A stretch of DNA of 64,000 bases, from IMG/VR virus record IMGVR_UViG_3300027904_000001, one strand, 5' to 3'. Every line of letters begins with the position of its first letter. Position 1 is the first letter of the stretch. Origin of the DNA: a virus. The position numbers and the translations under genes are program-made. This document shows, piece after piece, positions 27,097 to 37,122 of this stretch. The notes below the pieces were generated by a model. The model was given only the letters and a program-made list of their open reading frames with translations. It made no database searches and had not been told where the DNA came from.

Positions 27097-27123
27097 AAAG
27101 CCTAATATTGTAATTAGGCTTTT
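27097..27123. terminator. Bidirectional terminator
   Basis: aaagcctaatattgtaattaggcttt. Confidence 0.55.
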
Positions 27124-27126
27124 ATT

Positions 27127-27387
27127 TTAATATAAAAGGGCTCTTTTTGCATCGTTAATAATGCCTTTCCATTGTCTTTTTTGTTTGCTTGTATAGTTTT
27201 TGCCGTTTAATCTTAGATTAGATTCTATACCTTGAATGCATTCCTCCAACTCTCGATTGAACCTATTTCTTTTCGATGGATTATCTATAAATCTTTTCTT
27301 ATTTTTGATGATTTGGTTAACTTTACTAGCATCCCATTGAATATCTTTGTCATAAGATGCCAATAATTCAGTTCTATTTTTTTTCAT
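27127..27387 (-). CDS. Hypothetical protein
   Basis: ORF. Confidence 0.4.
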   Translation of the reverse strand: MKKNRTELLASYDKDIQWDASKVNQIIKNKKRFIDNPSKRNRFNRELEECIQGIESNLRLNGKNYTSKQKRQWKGIINDAKRALLY

Positions 27388-27518
27388 TTTATGCTCTCCT
27401 CAATTATTTATTTTGACTTTTTTAAAAATCTGTTGTATACTTTTAGGGAATTCTCAAAGGTTTGTTTTAATCTCATTCTCCTAAAAAGATCGATTCGATA
27501 ATCGGTCTTTTTTGCATT

Positions 27519-27728
27519 TTAATCCGGAACATACTCAATTAGGTCGCCCGGCTGACATCCAATTAATGAACACAATCTGTCAATTACCCTTGCGTCCATT
27601 CTAACTAAATCATTGTTTAGATCAGATATAGTAGATTGCGCCAGTAAATTTTCTTTTCGTATCCTATACGTATTATATCCCCTTTTTTTTAATTCTTGTA
27701 AGATATTTACTTTTTGCCTTAACGCCAA
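27519..27728 (-). CDS. XRE-family HTH regulator (repressor-like)
   Basis: YRIRKENLLAQSTISDLNNDL...IDRLCSLIGCQPGDLIEY. Confidence 0.6.
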   Translation of the reverse strand: MALRQKVNILQELKKRGYNTYRIRKENLLAQSTISDLNNDLVRMDARVIDRLCSLIGCQPGDLIEYVPD

Positions 27729-27835
27729 TTTATCACCCCTTTTATTATTTTTTTCTTATTATACCATAATGTTTATACGTTATAAAGTGTATAATATATA
27801 CAAAAAATAATATGGAATTTTGGTTAATATTTCTA

Positions 27836-27864
27836 TTGACTATATACGCCTAAAAGAGTATAAT
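27836..27864 (+). promoter_or_regulatory. Sigma-A-type promoter (TTGACT, 17-nt spacer, TATAAT) for the rightward early operon
   Basis: ttgact atatacgcctaaaagag tataat. Confidence 0.6.
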
Positions 27865-27899
27865 AGAATTAATAAAATAAATAAAGGAGATGAAGAAAA

Positions 27900-28088
27900 A
27901 TGAAAGGAACATATGACTTAAACGGAAGGATTTACTTAGAAAGAGATAGTGGTGAGGTAGTAACACATACTTATCAAGAAGCTCTAGAGATATTTTTAAC
28001 CTTAGCGGATGTAAGGTCAGTCGAATTTGATCGAGATAAGATCGCAGAGCAACTTGCAGAGGCTCTTGGAATAGAGTTGCAAGACTAA
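27900..28088 (+). CDS. Hypothetical early protein
   Basis: RBS aaaggag. Confidence 0.5.
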   Translation: MKGTYDLNGRIYLERDSGEVVTHTYQEALEIFLTLADVRSVEFDRDKIAEQLAEALGIELQD

Positions 28089-28134
28089 TAACAAGCGGGT
28101 GAGATTCCCGCTTTATCATAAAAGGAGAATGAAG

Positions 28135-28374
28135 ATGAAAAAAATAGATAAAAAGCAAGTCATGATAAGGGCTTGGGAAATAAAAAGAAACACAGATTTA
28201 AACTTTGCACAATGTCTAAAAAGAGCTTGGGATGAAGCAAAATTTAGCAGTATAGATTTCATAAGCTTAGTAAATTATGCACCAGCAACTAGGCTTAATA
28301 AAAAAAATTTAGCATATCAAGCTAGAAAAGAAGTCGGATATGCCAAAGAATTGTGCTGGGAAGGCGCAATTTAG
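28135..28374 (+). CDS. Hypothetical early protein
   Basis: RBS aaaggag before ATGAAGATG. Confidence 0.4.
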   Translation: MKKIDKKQVMIRAWEIKRNTDLNFAQCLKRAWDEAKFSSIDFISLVNYAPATRLNKKNLAYQARKEVGYAKELCWEGAI

Positions 28375-28403
28375 AAATAATTATTAAAAAAGGAGAGTAA
28401 ATA

Positions 28404-28598
28404 ATGAAAACTGCGGAAGACATTTTAATTTCAGTAGAAAGGGAACGCGTCGAATCAATGAGGCAAAATGTAAGTCTCATGATTGAAAATGAAAATTTAA
28501 GATGCGAAATAAGAAGACTTAATGATTATATTGACGACTTAGCAAGTTCCAATGCAGAGCTTGAAGAGCTATTAGAACAATCTAGTAGACGATTATAA
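28404..28598 (+). CDS. Small coiled-coil protein
   Basis: RBS aaaggag. Confidence 0.4.
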   Translation: MKTAEDILISVERERVESMRQNVSLMIENENLRCEIRRLNDYIDDLASSNAELEELLEQSSRRL

Positions 28599-28773
28599 AA
28601 AGGAGAATGTAATATAGGATGATGAAGGATTGTGAAGAAGGGCTAAAGAGATTGCAAAATATTTGGTAATATTTAAGGATGGCGTGTAGACATTGGTAAC
28701 AGCGATTTGTGAATCAGATGCTAGGTTCAAGGCTTGTTTGTTACAATGTCATGAATAAGGAAGGAGGAATGTA

Positions 28774-29019
28774 GTGGATATAAGGGAAATTCCTTTTGCA
28801 ACAATTAAAAGGAATTCGTACAGAGAATTAAAGGAATTGTTAGAAGAGTATAGGGCGGCTGAAGAATCAAATAATGCGTTTGATTTGCTTTCAAAAGTTT
28901 TATTATTAAACGAAATGAAAGAAATTACAAAAAGGGAAATGATTATTCAGCCGCAAAATAAAAAATTAAAAGTATTTTTGGCTGCTTTGATGACTGTAAA
29001 CGAAATGAAAGGACGTTGA
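28774..29019 (+). CDS. Hypothetical protein
   Basis: RBS aaggagg. Confidence 0.4.
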   Translation: MDIREIPFATIKRNSYRELKELLEEYRAAEESNNAFDLLSKVLLLNEMKEITKREMIIQPQNKKLKVFLAALMTVNEMKGR

Positions 29020-29219
29020 AATATATAAGATCTAAATGTATAAAATACGTTGAAAATTTGATAAATTATTATGAATCAGAGCTGGAAGCGCATAGGGATT
29101 TGGATACTGACAAATTTCCTTATGAGCAATTACTGATTTACAAAAAAAACGTTAAGAAATTCCAAGAAAGAATTGGAATTTATCAATATATTAAAAAAAT
29201 GTTAGAGGAGAATGAATAA
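29016..29219 (+). CDS. Hypothetical protein
   Basis: Overlap-coupled ORF. Confidence 0.4.
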   Translation: MKYIRSKCIKYVENLINYYESELEAHRDLDTDKFPYEQLLIYKKNVKKFQERIGIYQYIKKMLEENE

Positions 29220-30172
29220 TGGCTAAATTTGAAAAAGCCGTTAAAGAAAAAATATGGCTTAAAATATTACTTAACGGCCCGAGCGGGAGCGGCAAGACAT
29301 ATTCCGCACTACGTTTGGCAACCGGAATTGCCAAACGAATGAATGCCCGGATAGCAGCAATTGACACAGAAAACGGACGCATTAGATATTATGCGGACGA
29401 ATTTGATTTTGATGACATGGAGCTGTTTGCACCTTATAAACCAGAGGATTATATCCAAGCAATTACTGATGCAGTTGAAGCGGGATATGGAGTTTTGATA
29501 ATTGATTCCATTAGTCATGAGTGGAATTACTGTTTGGATGTGCATTCCAAGATGACAGGTAATTCTTATACCAATTGGTCTAAGATAACACCTAGGCATG
29601 ATGCATTTACGGAAAAGATATTACAATCTAAAATCCATATAATCTCAACTGCACGCGGGAAAGACGAATATATTTTGGAAGAAAGAAACGGGAAGCAGGT
29701 TCCTAAGAAAGTCGGAATTGGATACCGCCAAAGAGAAGGTTTAGAGTATAATTATAGCATTGCATTTAATATCGATCAGGCTACACATGTAGCCGAGATA
29801 ACTAAAGATAATACTAAATTGTTTGAAAACCGGTATGAAATGTTAACCGAAAAGGATGGAGAAGCAATGTTTGAATGGGCGAACTCCTCCAAAATAGAAC
29901 CAACAAGAGAAAAACTCCGAAACATCTTATCCGCTATAGATATTATGGCTAGGCAATTAAGTGAACAACTAGGTAAAGACAAATTGATGGATTTTATTAA
30001 GATCCTTAATCATGGCAGTGCTAATTACAAAAAAATAAATAATATCGAAACAGCAGAAATTCTATTAGAAGGATTAAAAGGTATAGATATTTCAAGAAAA
30101 GATGAAGGATTACAAATAATAGGAGAAATTGTTGATATACAAGCAGGAGAAACTGGTTTAGACGGATTCTAG
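29219..30172 (+). CDS. Sak4-like AAA_24 RecA-fold ATPase (phage recombination protein)
   Basis: LLNGPSGSGKTYSAL is a Walker A; Walker B is VLIIDSISH. Confidence 0.65.
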   Translation: MAKFEKAVKEKIWLKILLNGPSGSGKTYSALRLATGIAKRMNARIAAIDTENGRIRYYADEFDFDDMELFAPYKPEDYIQAITDAVEAGYGVLIIDSISHEWNYCLDVHSKMTGNSYTNWSKITPRHDAFTEKILQSKIHIISTARGKDEYILEERNGKQVPKKVGIGYRQREGLEYNYSIAFNIDQATHVAEITKDNTKLFENRYEMLTEKDGEAMFEWANSSKIEPTREKLRNILSAIDIMARQLSEQLGKDKLMDFIKILNHGSANYKKINNIETAEILLEGLKGIDISRKDEGLQIIGEIVDIQAGETGLDGF

Positions 30173-30335
30173 AGATGGTTAAAATATCACGCACTTCAAA
30201 TTATGATTGAAGTCAGTTATATGTATTCCTAATCAAGCATACCGTTATGTTTAATTAACGGTATGCCACATGAAATATTAAAGGAAGAGTTGATAAAAAT
30301 AGAAAAAATATTAAAAATTTATGAAAAATATATAG

Positions 30336-31286
30336 AAGAAGCAAAAGAGCCTTGAATGGTATAAATACTGGAATAACCAAGTTTATGTATCGTTTAGCGG
30401 GGGCAAGGATTCAACTGTATTAACAGAATTAACAGCACGTATTTGTTTTGCTAATTGTTTACCATTAAGATTATGCTTTGTTGATACTGGTCTGGAATAT
30501 CCAGAAATTCGGAAATTTGTACCCGAATTTAAAGATTATTTGCATAACAAATATAATATTGAAATTATTATTGATATTATTAAACCTGCCATGCGATTTG
30601 ATGAAGCCATTAAAAAATATGGCTATCCCGTAATTAGTAAAGACGTTTCAAAAACAATTGAATATGCTCAGAAAGGTGCTATTTGGGCAATAAATGCTTT
30701 AGATGGACTTGAAAAAGATGGAACTCTGTACGGGAATAAGAGTTTTAAAAAACGTTACAAAAAATATAAGTATTTATTGAATGCTCCGTTCAAGATATCT
30801 GAAAAATGTTGCAAATATATAAAAGAACAACCAATCAAAGTCTATGAAAAGCAAAATGATTTAAAACCAATCATTGGAACAATAGCGGATGAAAGCAAGA
30901 GAAGACTTGATGGTTGGCTTAAAGTAGGGTGCAATGCCTTTGATATTGAAAGACCAAGATCAACCCCACTTGCTTTTTGGACAGAACAAGACATTTTACA
31001 ATATGTTTATTTGACTAAATTGCCGATATCCAAAATATACGGTGATGTAGTGCCAATTTCTGATCAACTAAATTTCTTCGATGAAATCGGTAAATTGCAA
31101 ACAACTGGTGAATCAAGAACAGGATGTATGTTCTGTATGTTCGGATGTCATAGGGATAATCCGAACAAATTTCAAAGGATGAAACACGCACATCCTAAAT
31201 TATATGATTACTGCATTAGAGATGTAGAAGAGCAGGGTTTAGGATTAGGCAAAGTCTTAGATTATATCGGCGTTAAATATGATTAA
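30336..31286 (+). CDS. PAPS-reductase-family protein; N-terminus unresolved (no canonical start; track ORF starts at internal Met 30540)
   Basis: In-frame upstream VYVSFSGGKDSTVLTEL is a PP-loop. C-terminal Cys cluster CMFCMFGCH. The reading frame opens after the TAG at 30333. Confidence 0.5.
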   Translation, partial: KKQKSLEWYKYWNNQVYVSFSGGKDSTVLTELTARICFANCLPLRLCFVDTGLEYPEIRKFVPEFKDYLHNKYNIEIIIDIIKPAMRFDEAIKKYGYPVISKDVSKTIEYAQKGAIWAINALDGLEKDGTLYGNKSFKKRYKKYKYLLNAPFKISEKCCKYIKEQPIKVYEKQNDLKPIIGTIADESKRRLDGWLKVGCNAFDIERPRSTPLAFWTEQDILQYVYLTKLPISKIYGDVVPISDQLNFFDEIGKLQTTGESRTGCMFCMFGCHRDNPNKFQRMKHAHPKLYDYCIRDVEEQGLGLGKVLDYIGVKYD

Positions 31287-31289
31287 GGC

Positions 31290-31318
31290 TCTGGCAGAGA
31301 GGGGCTCTGCCAGACAAT
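31290..31318 (+). terminator. Hairpin terminator
   Basis: ggctctggcagagaggggctctgccaga. Confidence 0.4.
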
Positions 31319-31427
31319 TTGGGGGATGGGTTTTTGTAATATTATGGCGGTTTATTTTTTTGTAAAAAAGATTGACAGATAGCGTAGATAATGATAATAT
31401 AGTAACGAATGAAAGGAGTGAAATATT

Positions 31428-31613
31428 GTGAACGAAAAATTACTCACACCACAAGAAGCGTCCGAATTATTAAATGTAACTACACATACATTAAGGAATT
31501 GGTCAATTGCTGGAAAAATAAGAGCATACGTATATCCTGTGAGTGGCAGACGGATGTATCCAGAAAAAGAAATATTGCGGATGCAATTGAAAGAAATTAA
31601 TAGGGAGGATTGA
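31428..31613 (+). CDS. MerR/excisionase-type HTH_17 DNA-binding protein (GTG start)
   Basis: LLTPQEASELLNVTTHTLRNWSIAGKIRAY. RBS aaaggag. Confidence 0.55.
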   Translation: MNEKLLTPQEASELLNVTTHTLRNWSIAGKIRAYVYPVSGRRMYPEKEILRMQLKEINRED

Positions 31614-31667
31614 TTAAATAATATATTTTTATTATAGGGGGAATTTAAAAACAGGTAAGGTGGTTTA

Positions 31668-32501
31668 ATGGCAAGACCGATTAAGCAAGGTTTGGATTAT
31701 TTCCCTTTAGATGTTGATTTTTTGCAAGATATTAAGATAAGAAAAATATTAAGAGCATGTGGTTCAGGTTCAATTACTGTACTAATCTGCCTGCTCGGTA
31801 ATATTTACAGAGATTGTGGGTATTACATGCAGTGGGATGAAGATATTTGTTTTTTAGTGGCTGACACGGTTGGTACTACTGAGCGAGCAGTAACAGAAAT
31901 TGTAAAAAAATCCTTGCAGGTTAAATTTTTTGATCAAAATATCTTCGACAAATATACAATATTGACATCAACTGGCATACAAAAAAGATATTTTGAGGCG
32001 GTTGAGCGAAGAAAGGAAGTCCAAATTAATAAGGATTTAATTTTAATAAATCTTACTAAGTATAAATTTTCAAATTTGATTAATGTTAACAATAACTTGA
32101 TAAATGATGACATTAACTTGATAAATGATGACACAAATGAACAAAGTAAAGGAGAGGAAAGTAAAGAAAACAATAGCATTAATAATGTAAATACCGAAGT
32201 TAATGTTTACAAATATATTCAAACGCATTTTGGCACATTGCCTAGCGGAATAGCCGTAGAAGAAATTAATTCCTTTATAAGTGACGGTATGCAACCAGAA
32301 CTTATATGCAGAGCAATAGATGAAAGTGTTAATAATGGTGTTCGAAAATGGGTATATGCTAAAAAAATCTTAAATACTTGGTTAAACAGTAATTGGTTGA
32401 CTCTTAATGATTATTTATTATTTGGAGACAAGAAAAACAATACAATTCCAATTAATCAACCTAAAAAAGAAAAGAAAGGGTTAGATCAATGGCAGAATTA
32501 A
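31668..32501 (+). CDS. Replisome organizer (N-terminal wHTH plus C-terminal DnaD-like domain) with internal iterons and KKEKKGLDQWQN tail
   Basis: MARPIKQGLDYFPLDVDFL...; DnaD-like ...RKWVYAKKILNTWLNSN. The 21-bp direct repeat aacttgataaatgatgaca occurs twice, at 32094..32133. Confidence 0.65.
   Translation: MARPIKQGLDYFPLDVDFLQDIKIRKILRACGSGSITVLICLLGNIYRDCGYYMQWDEDICFLVADTVGTTERAVTEIVKKSLQVKFFDQNIFDKYTILTSTGIQKRYFEAVERRKEVQINKDLILINLTKYKFSNLINVNNNLINDDINLINDDTNEQSKGEESKENNSINNVNTEVNVYKYIQTHFGTLPSGIAVEEINSFISDGMQPELICRAIDESVNNGVRKWVYAKKILNTWLNSNWLTLNDYLLFGDKKNNTIPINQPKKEKKGLDQWQN
32090..32136. repeat. Iterons inside the replisome-organizer gene
   Basis: taacttgataaatgatgacattaacttgataaatgatgacac. 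Confidence 0.5.
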
Positions 32502-34630
32502 AGACAGATTTTAACGAAACTCAAAAAGCGTTAGCATTATTAAAGCAGGATCATGGTAATAGCTTGGTTGAAGTTCGGTTATTTAAAGGTAAATACGTAA
32601 AAAGCGGGTATTTTAAAGATTATAACAATTTATTAAAATCGTTGTCGACACTTGATTATGATAATTGCTATATAACCTTAAATACAATCAATGACGCTTG
32701 TTATGCCCGAACTCAAAAGGAGACAATGAAAGCAAATTGTAAGGCTACAAGTGATCATGACATTATTAACCGCGATTGGCTTTTGATTGATGCGGATCCC
32801 AAAAGACCAAGCGGGACATCAAGTACAAAAGAGGAAAAATATGCGGCAGCGGTTAAACTTGCTAAAGTAATGGATTATTTGTCAAGTATGGGGTTTTACA
32901 ACCCAATAGTAGCTGATTCAGGGAACGGTTATCATTTGCTGTACAAAATAAATATGATAAGCAATACAGACAGTGAAAAGAGTATAACCCCACTTATACA
33001 ATACTTTTTAAGTGCACTTGATATGATGTTTTCTGACAAAGAAGTGGAGATTGATATAAGCGTATCAAACCCAAGCAGAATGACTAAACTGTATGGTACA
33101 ATGGCGAAAAAAGGAAGTAATGAACCCGATAGACCACACAGGATAAGCCGAATAATAAAAGTACCGGATGAGATCAAAGCGAATCATTATAAAATGATAC
33201 AAAAAATAGCTGACTTACTTCCAAAGCCAGCTAATGCAGATACAAGGCGGTATCATGGGCAATATCAAAATAATTTTAACATTGATGACTTTGTAAGTCA
33301 ATACCTAAGTGTTACAAATGTCATACAATCTAATAATTATACAAAATATTTGCTTGCAGAATGCCCGTTTAATCATGAGCATAAATCGCCTGAAAGCATG
33401 ATAACGGTTGGTTCTAATGGTGCTATCGGATTTCATTGTTTCCACAACTCATGTTCTGGTTATAAATGGCCGGATGTTAGACAAAAGTTCGAACCAGACG
33501 CGTATAATAAACAAAAGTTTGATGATAGACGTACAACTGCACCAATGATGATTAATACTGCAAAATCAATTGCAGAATATTCACTGGCAAAAAAAGAGGG
33601 GGGGAAGCCAGAGCTGAAACAATATTTACAAATGCACGAAATTCAAAGGCGAGATCGTTCTAAGATGGTATTTATGCCTACGGGAACGAAGGGAATAGAC
33701 AAAAGGATAGTTGGTATGTGTAAAGGTGAAATCACTGTTATATCAGGGACAAATGGTTCAGGAAAATCAACACTGGTAACATATTGGATATTAAACCATA
33801 TACAATGTGGGTACAAATGTACATTGTATAGTGGTGAACTTGATGCGGATCGGCTCCAAGCTTGGATACATCTTCAAGCAGCGGGACGTAATCACAATAA
33901 ACAAAGTCAATTCGGCGAACACATATTTTATACGCCGAATGACATTGCAGATCAAATAAACGAATGGATGAAAGGAAAATTCTTTCTCCATAACAACGAA
34001 AAAGATTATGAAAATGTTGCCAATATGTTTGGCAATGGATATAAAAATGTAATGGATACTATCATAGAAACGGTAGAAAAGGAAGGCTCTGATATAGTTT
34101 ATATCGATAATTTGATGGCAATGGACATCGAATTATTAGATATAAAAGAACTGGAAGCCCAAAGGAAAATGCTTTTGTACCTGAGAAATTTAGCGAGAAA
34201 GTATAAAATTCATGTTGTATTAATTTGTCACCCGAAAAAACAAAATGGTTTTTTAAGAAAAATTGATGTGTTCGGTAGCGGACATATTGTAAATATAATT
34301 GACAACCTATTCATGATGCATAGATGTAATCGGGATTTTGTAAAATCGTTTACTGAATTCATAGACGATAAACAATTTTGTCAAGAATTTCTTAATCAAG
34401 ACTATACAAATGTTTGCGAAATCATGAAGAATCGTGAATTCGGTATAGTTGATGAGTTCATAGGAATGTATTATGAAAAAGAATCAAAAAGATTCCTAAA
34501 TGAACTTCATGAATATCAAAGCTTAGATTGGAAAAACAATCATGATATTAATAATACTATATTTGATCTAAACAATGATAAATCATTTAAGCAGGTAGAA
34601 ATAAAAGACATGCCTGAGTCAATGAGATGA
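32489..34630 (+). CDS. Primase-helicase (prim-pol-like N-terminus, zinc-binding middle, DnaB-like C-terminal ATPase)
   Basis: WLLIDADPKRP is DxD-like. CPFNHEH...HCFHNSCSG is a zinc motif. Walker A ISGTNGSGKST. Confidence 0.65.
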   Translation: MAELKTDFNETQKALALLKQDHGNSLVEVRLFKGKYVKSGYFKDYNNLLKSLSTLDYDNCYITLNTINDACYARTQKETMKANCKATSDHDIINRDWLLIDADPKRPSGTSSTKEEKYAAAVKLAKVMDYLSSMGFYNPIVADSGNGYHLLYKINMISNTDSEKSITPLIQYFLSALDMMFSDKEVEIDISVSNPSRMTKLYGTMAKKGSNEPDRPHRISRIIKVPDEIKANHYKMIQKIADLLPKPANADTRRYHGQYQNNFNIDDFVSQYLSVTNVIQSNNYTKYLLAECPFNHEHKSPESMITVGSNGAIGFHCFHNSCSGYKWPDVRQKFEPDAYNKQKFDDRRTTAPMMINTAKSIAEYSLAKKEGGKPELKQYLQMHEIQRRDRSKMVFMPTGTKGIDKRIVGMCKGEITVISGTNGSGKSTLVTYWILNHIQCGYKCTLYSGELDADRLQAWIHLQAAGRNHNKQSQFGEHIFYTPNDIADQINEWMKGKFFLHNNEKDYENVANMFGNGYKNVMDTIIETVEKEGSDIVYIDNLMAMDIELLDIKELEAQRKMLLYLRNLARKYKIHVVLICHPKKQNGFLRKIDVFGSGHIVNIIDNLFMMHRCNRDFVKSFTEFIDDKQFCQEFLNQDYTNVCEIMKNREFGIVDEFIGMYYEKESKRFLNELHEYQSLDWKNNHDINNTIFDLNNDKSFKQVEIKDMPESMR

Positions 34631-34667
34631 AAAAATAAGTCTGAAATGATACGGGAGGGTATAAATA

Positions 34668-34838
34668 GTGAATAAAACATTGAAAGAAGACTTGTCAATA
34701 TACACCAAATCAGAAATAATCAGTTTATTGCAAAAAGCAATTGATGAAATCCGCAGGCTGGAAAAAGATAGTAAGATTTTACGGGCTGAAATTAAAGAGT
34801 TGCGTGAAGAGATATGTACCATGGTATATATTTAGCTT
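34668..34838 (+). CDS. Small coiled-coil protein (GTG start)
   Basis: RBS gggagg. Below the ORF-track size cutoff. Confidence 0.3.
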
Positions 34839-34855
34839 TAAACGGGGTGATTATT

Positions 34856-35611
34856 ATGAGAACAACAAAAATAGAATGGACTGAGAGAACATGGAATCCT
34901 ATTACAGGCTGTACAAAAATATCAGCAGGTTGTGCCAACTGTTATGCAGAAACAATGGCGCGTCGGCTTAAAGCGATGGGCGTAAGCAAGTATGAAAATG
35001 GTTTCTCACTGGCTCTCCACAATGATGTCCTTAACGAGCCATTGAAGTGGAAAAAGCCTCATACCGTCTTTGTTTGCTCTATGGCAGACTTATTCCATGA
35101 GGCTGTGCCATTTGATTTTATTGATAAGGTGATGGACACAATCAAGCAATCTAAACACCATCGCTATCAGATACTTACTAAACGAGCCAACAGAATGGCA
35201 GAGTATTTTTCAAAAGTTGATATACCTCGGAATGTTTGGCTCGGGGTAACTGTTGAAGCACCGTCTGAGTTATTCCGTATTGATTATCTTCGAGGATTGC
35301 ATGCATCTATCCGTTTTTTGTCATGTGAACCACTTATCGAAGGCCTTGGTATTATTGACTTAACTAACATTGATTGGGTGATAGTCGGCGGAGAGAGCGG
35401 AACAAAAGCTCGTCCGATGAAACCTGAATGGGTGCATTCAATTTTGCGGCAGTCTGAAGAACAAGGCGTGGCTTTCTTTTTCAAACAATGGGGCACATGG
35501 AGTTCAGACGGGATTAAACGGAATAAAAAAGCTAATGGCAAGTTAATTGATGGCAAGATTATACAAATGATGCCAAGCCACTATAATGGTGATAATAATG
35601 TCAGAGAATAA
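34856..35611 (+). CDS. DUF5131 (phage Gp37/Gp68-family) protein
   Basis: IEWTERTWNPITGCTKISAGCANCYAE. Confidence 0.65.
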   Translation: MRTTKIEWTERTWNPITGCTKISAGCANCYAETMARRLKAMGVSKYENGFSLALHNDVLNEPLKWKKPHTVFVCSMADLFHEAVPFDFIDKVMDTIKQSKHHRYQILTKRANRMAEYFSKVDIPRNVWLGVTVEAPSELFRIDYLRGLHASIRFLSCEPLIEGLGIIDLTNIDWVIVGGESGTKARPMKPEWVHSILRQSEEQGVAFFFKQWGTWSSDGIKRNKKANGKLIDGKIIQMMPSHYNGDNNVRE

Positions 35612-36575
35612 GCAATTAACATTTATTGATTTTTTTGCAGGTATCGGAGGTTTTAGGTGCGGTCTGGAGCAAGCGGGACACAGATGCCTTGGATATATAG
35701 AAAATGACAAATATGCGATGAAATCGTATCGTGTAATGTATGAGACGGGAGATGAGTTCTATCATGATGATATCGCAACATTACGAGCAGATGAACTTCC
35801 ACGATCTGACATTTGGGCAGCGGGATTCCCTTGCCAAGATATCAGTATTGCTGGGAGAAGAAGCGGACTTGAGGGAAATAGAAGTGGATTGTTCTTTGAA
35901 TTTATTAGACTTGTCAATGAATTCAAAGAAAAAGATAGACCCGACTATCTTATCCTTGAAAATGTTAAAAATTTATTATCAATCAATGGAGGATTTGATT
36001 TCCTGCGGGTACAAATTGAATTGGGCGAAAGCGGGTATGATGCAGAATGGCAAGTACTCAACGCTTGTCATTACGGAGTCCCACAAAATCGAGAACGATT
36101 ATTCATTATCGGACATAATCGAAACCGAAGTACCCGAAAAATATTTCCTCTCACAGGCTCAACAACAGGTACTCTTAAACAGATTATCGGAGGAGCGCAA
36201 GGACAACGAGTGTATGATACAAATGGAATTGCGGTGACATTGGGCAGTCAAGGAGGTGGGATGGGTGCTAATACCGGACTGTACTTTATTGATCTGTCTA
36301 AAGAAAATCCCAAAATAACAGCAAATGCTCGATGCATACAAGCTAAATATAATAAGGGCTGTACTAACTGGAAGGGTGAAATTAGTGGGGTTTTAGTCAA
36401 TAAAAGGATCCGCAAGCTTACGACAAAAGAATGCTTCCGGCTTCAGGGCTTTCCGGATGAGTTATTTTATAAGGCTCAAGAGGTTAATTCTGATAGTCAA
36501 TTATATAAACAAGCTGGAAATTCTGTAGTAGTCCCTATCATCAAAGTTATTGGGGATAAGATGATAAGCAATTGA
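35598..36575 (+). CDS. dcm: DNA (cytosine-5)-methyltransferase
   Basis: FIDFFAGIGGF is motif I, GFPCQDIS is motif IV, and ENV is motif VI. Confidence 0.75.
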   Translation: MSENKQLTFIDFFAGIGGFRCGLEQAGHRCLGYIENDKYAMKSYRVMYETGDEFYHDDIATLRADELPRSDIWAAGFPCQDISIAGRRSGLEGNRSGLFFEFIRLVNEFKEKDRPDYLILENVKNLLSINGGFDFLRVQIELGESGYDAEWQVLNACHYGVPQNRERLFIIGHNRNRSTRKIFPLTGSTTGTLKQIIGGAQGQRVYDTNGIAVTLGSQGGGMGANTGLYFIDLSKENPKITANARCIQAKYNKGCTNWKGEISGVLVNKRIRKLTTKECFRLQGFPDELFYKAQEVNSDSQLYKQAGNSVVVPIIKVIGDKMISN

Positions 36576-36597
36576 TGATGTACCGTAAATACATCGA

Positions 36598-36654
36598 AAC
36601 AACCGCTTGTTCAGCACCAAGGTTAAACGAAAAAAGATTTTAGGTATAAAATTA
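36598..36654 (+). promoter_or_regulatory. Palindromic operator-like site AACAACCGCTTGTT plus a -10-like GGTATAAA, copy 1
   Basis: Same element, with the same 29-nt spacing to GGTATAAA, at 38600..38653. Confidence 0.4.
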
Positions 36655-36965
36655 TGGCTGGTGATTTAGTCCGCGTAGCGACGATTTTAGAAAGGATAAT
36701 GATTATGACTATTAAAAATGTAAAGTGTTACGGCTGTGGAGCTGATATAGAAATTGATTTTAATTATGAGCCAGAATTTTGTTGTAGTGGACGCGATTGT
36801 TTATGTAGAGGTGAGATTACAAATCCGTTGTTTTGTGATGATTGTTGGAGGAAAATTGAAGAATACGAGCGGCAATATAAGAATTTTCTTGAAACAAAAA
36901 CTTTAAAGAGAAGGGGCATGAGAAAGGATAATGAGAAAAAAAAGGAATGTTTTGGTAGAAATTAA
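36654..36965 (+). CDS. Small Cys-rich (zinc-ribbon-like) protein
   Basis: CYGCG...CCSGRDCLC...CDDC. Confidence 0.4.
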   Translation: MAGDLVRVATILERIMIMTIKNVKCYGCGADIEIDFNYEPEFCCSGRDCLCRGEITNPLFCDDCWRKIEEYERQYKNFLETKTLKRRGMRKDNEKKKECFGRN

Positions 36966-37122
36966 TTATGCACCGGAACCTCGTTGTGATCGGCATTTTT
37001 GTGAATGCTCGGGTTTTCGGACAGACCCGTTCTATTGCAAAAAGCGAGAAGATAAAATAATAGAGCATAATAGAATCGAAGCTGAAAAACTAGAGGAATA
37101 TTATCTAAAATATTATTATTGA
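36931..37122 (+). CDS. Small Cys-rich protein
   Basis: CDRHFCEC. Confidence 0.35.
   Translation: MRKKRNVLVEINYAPEPRCDRHFCECSGFRTDPFYCKKREDKIIEHNRIEAEKLEEYYLKYYY

Noticed and set aside
12099-30340. Stop-codon reassignment (for example TAG or TGA read-through) as the explanation for the ORFs lacking start codons
   Set aside because: Upstream in-frame stops are a mix of TGA, TAG and TAA, and the genes otherwise terminate normally on all three.
14861-31613. Tyrosine or serine integrase accompanying the two excisionase-like HTH proteins
   Set aside because: No ORF in the window carries recombinase catalytic motifs (R..H..R..Y or a serine-recombinase N-terminus). The integration module, if any, lies outside the window or is absent (phage-plasmid lifestyle).
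35740-36237. Plus-strand 165-aa ORF in alternate frame
   Set aside because: Internal to the Dcm methyltransferase gene in another frame.
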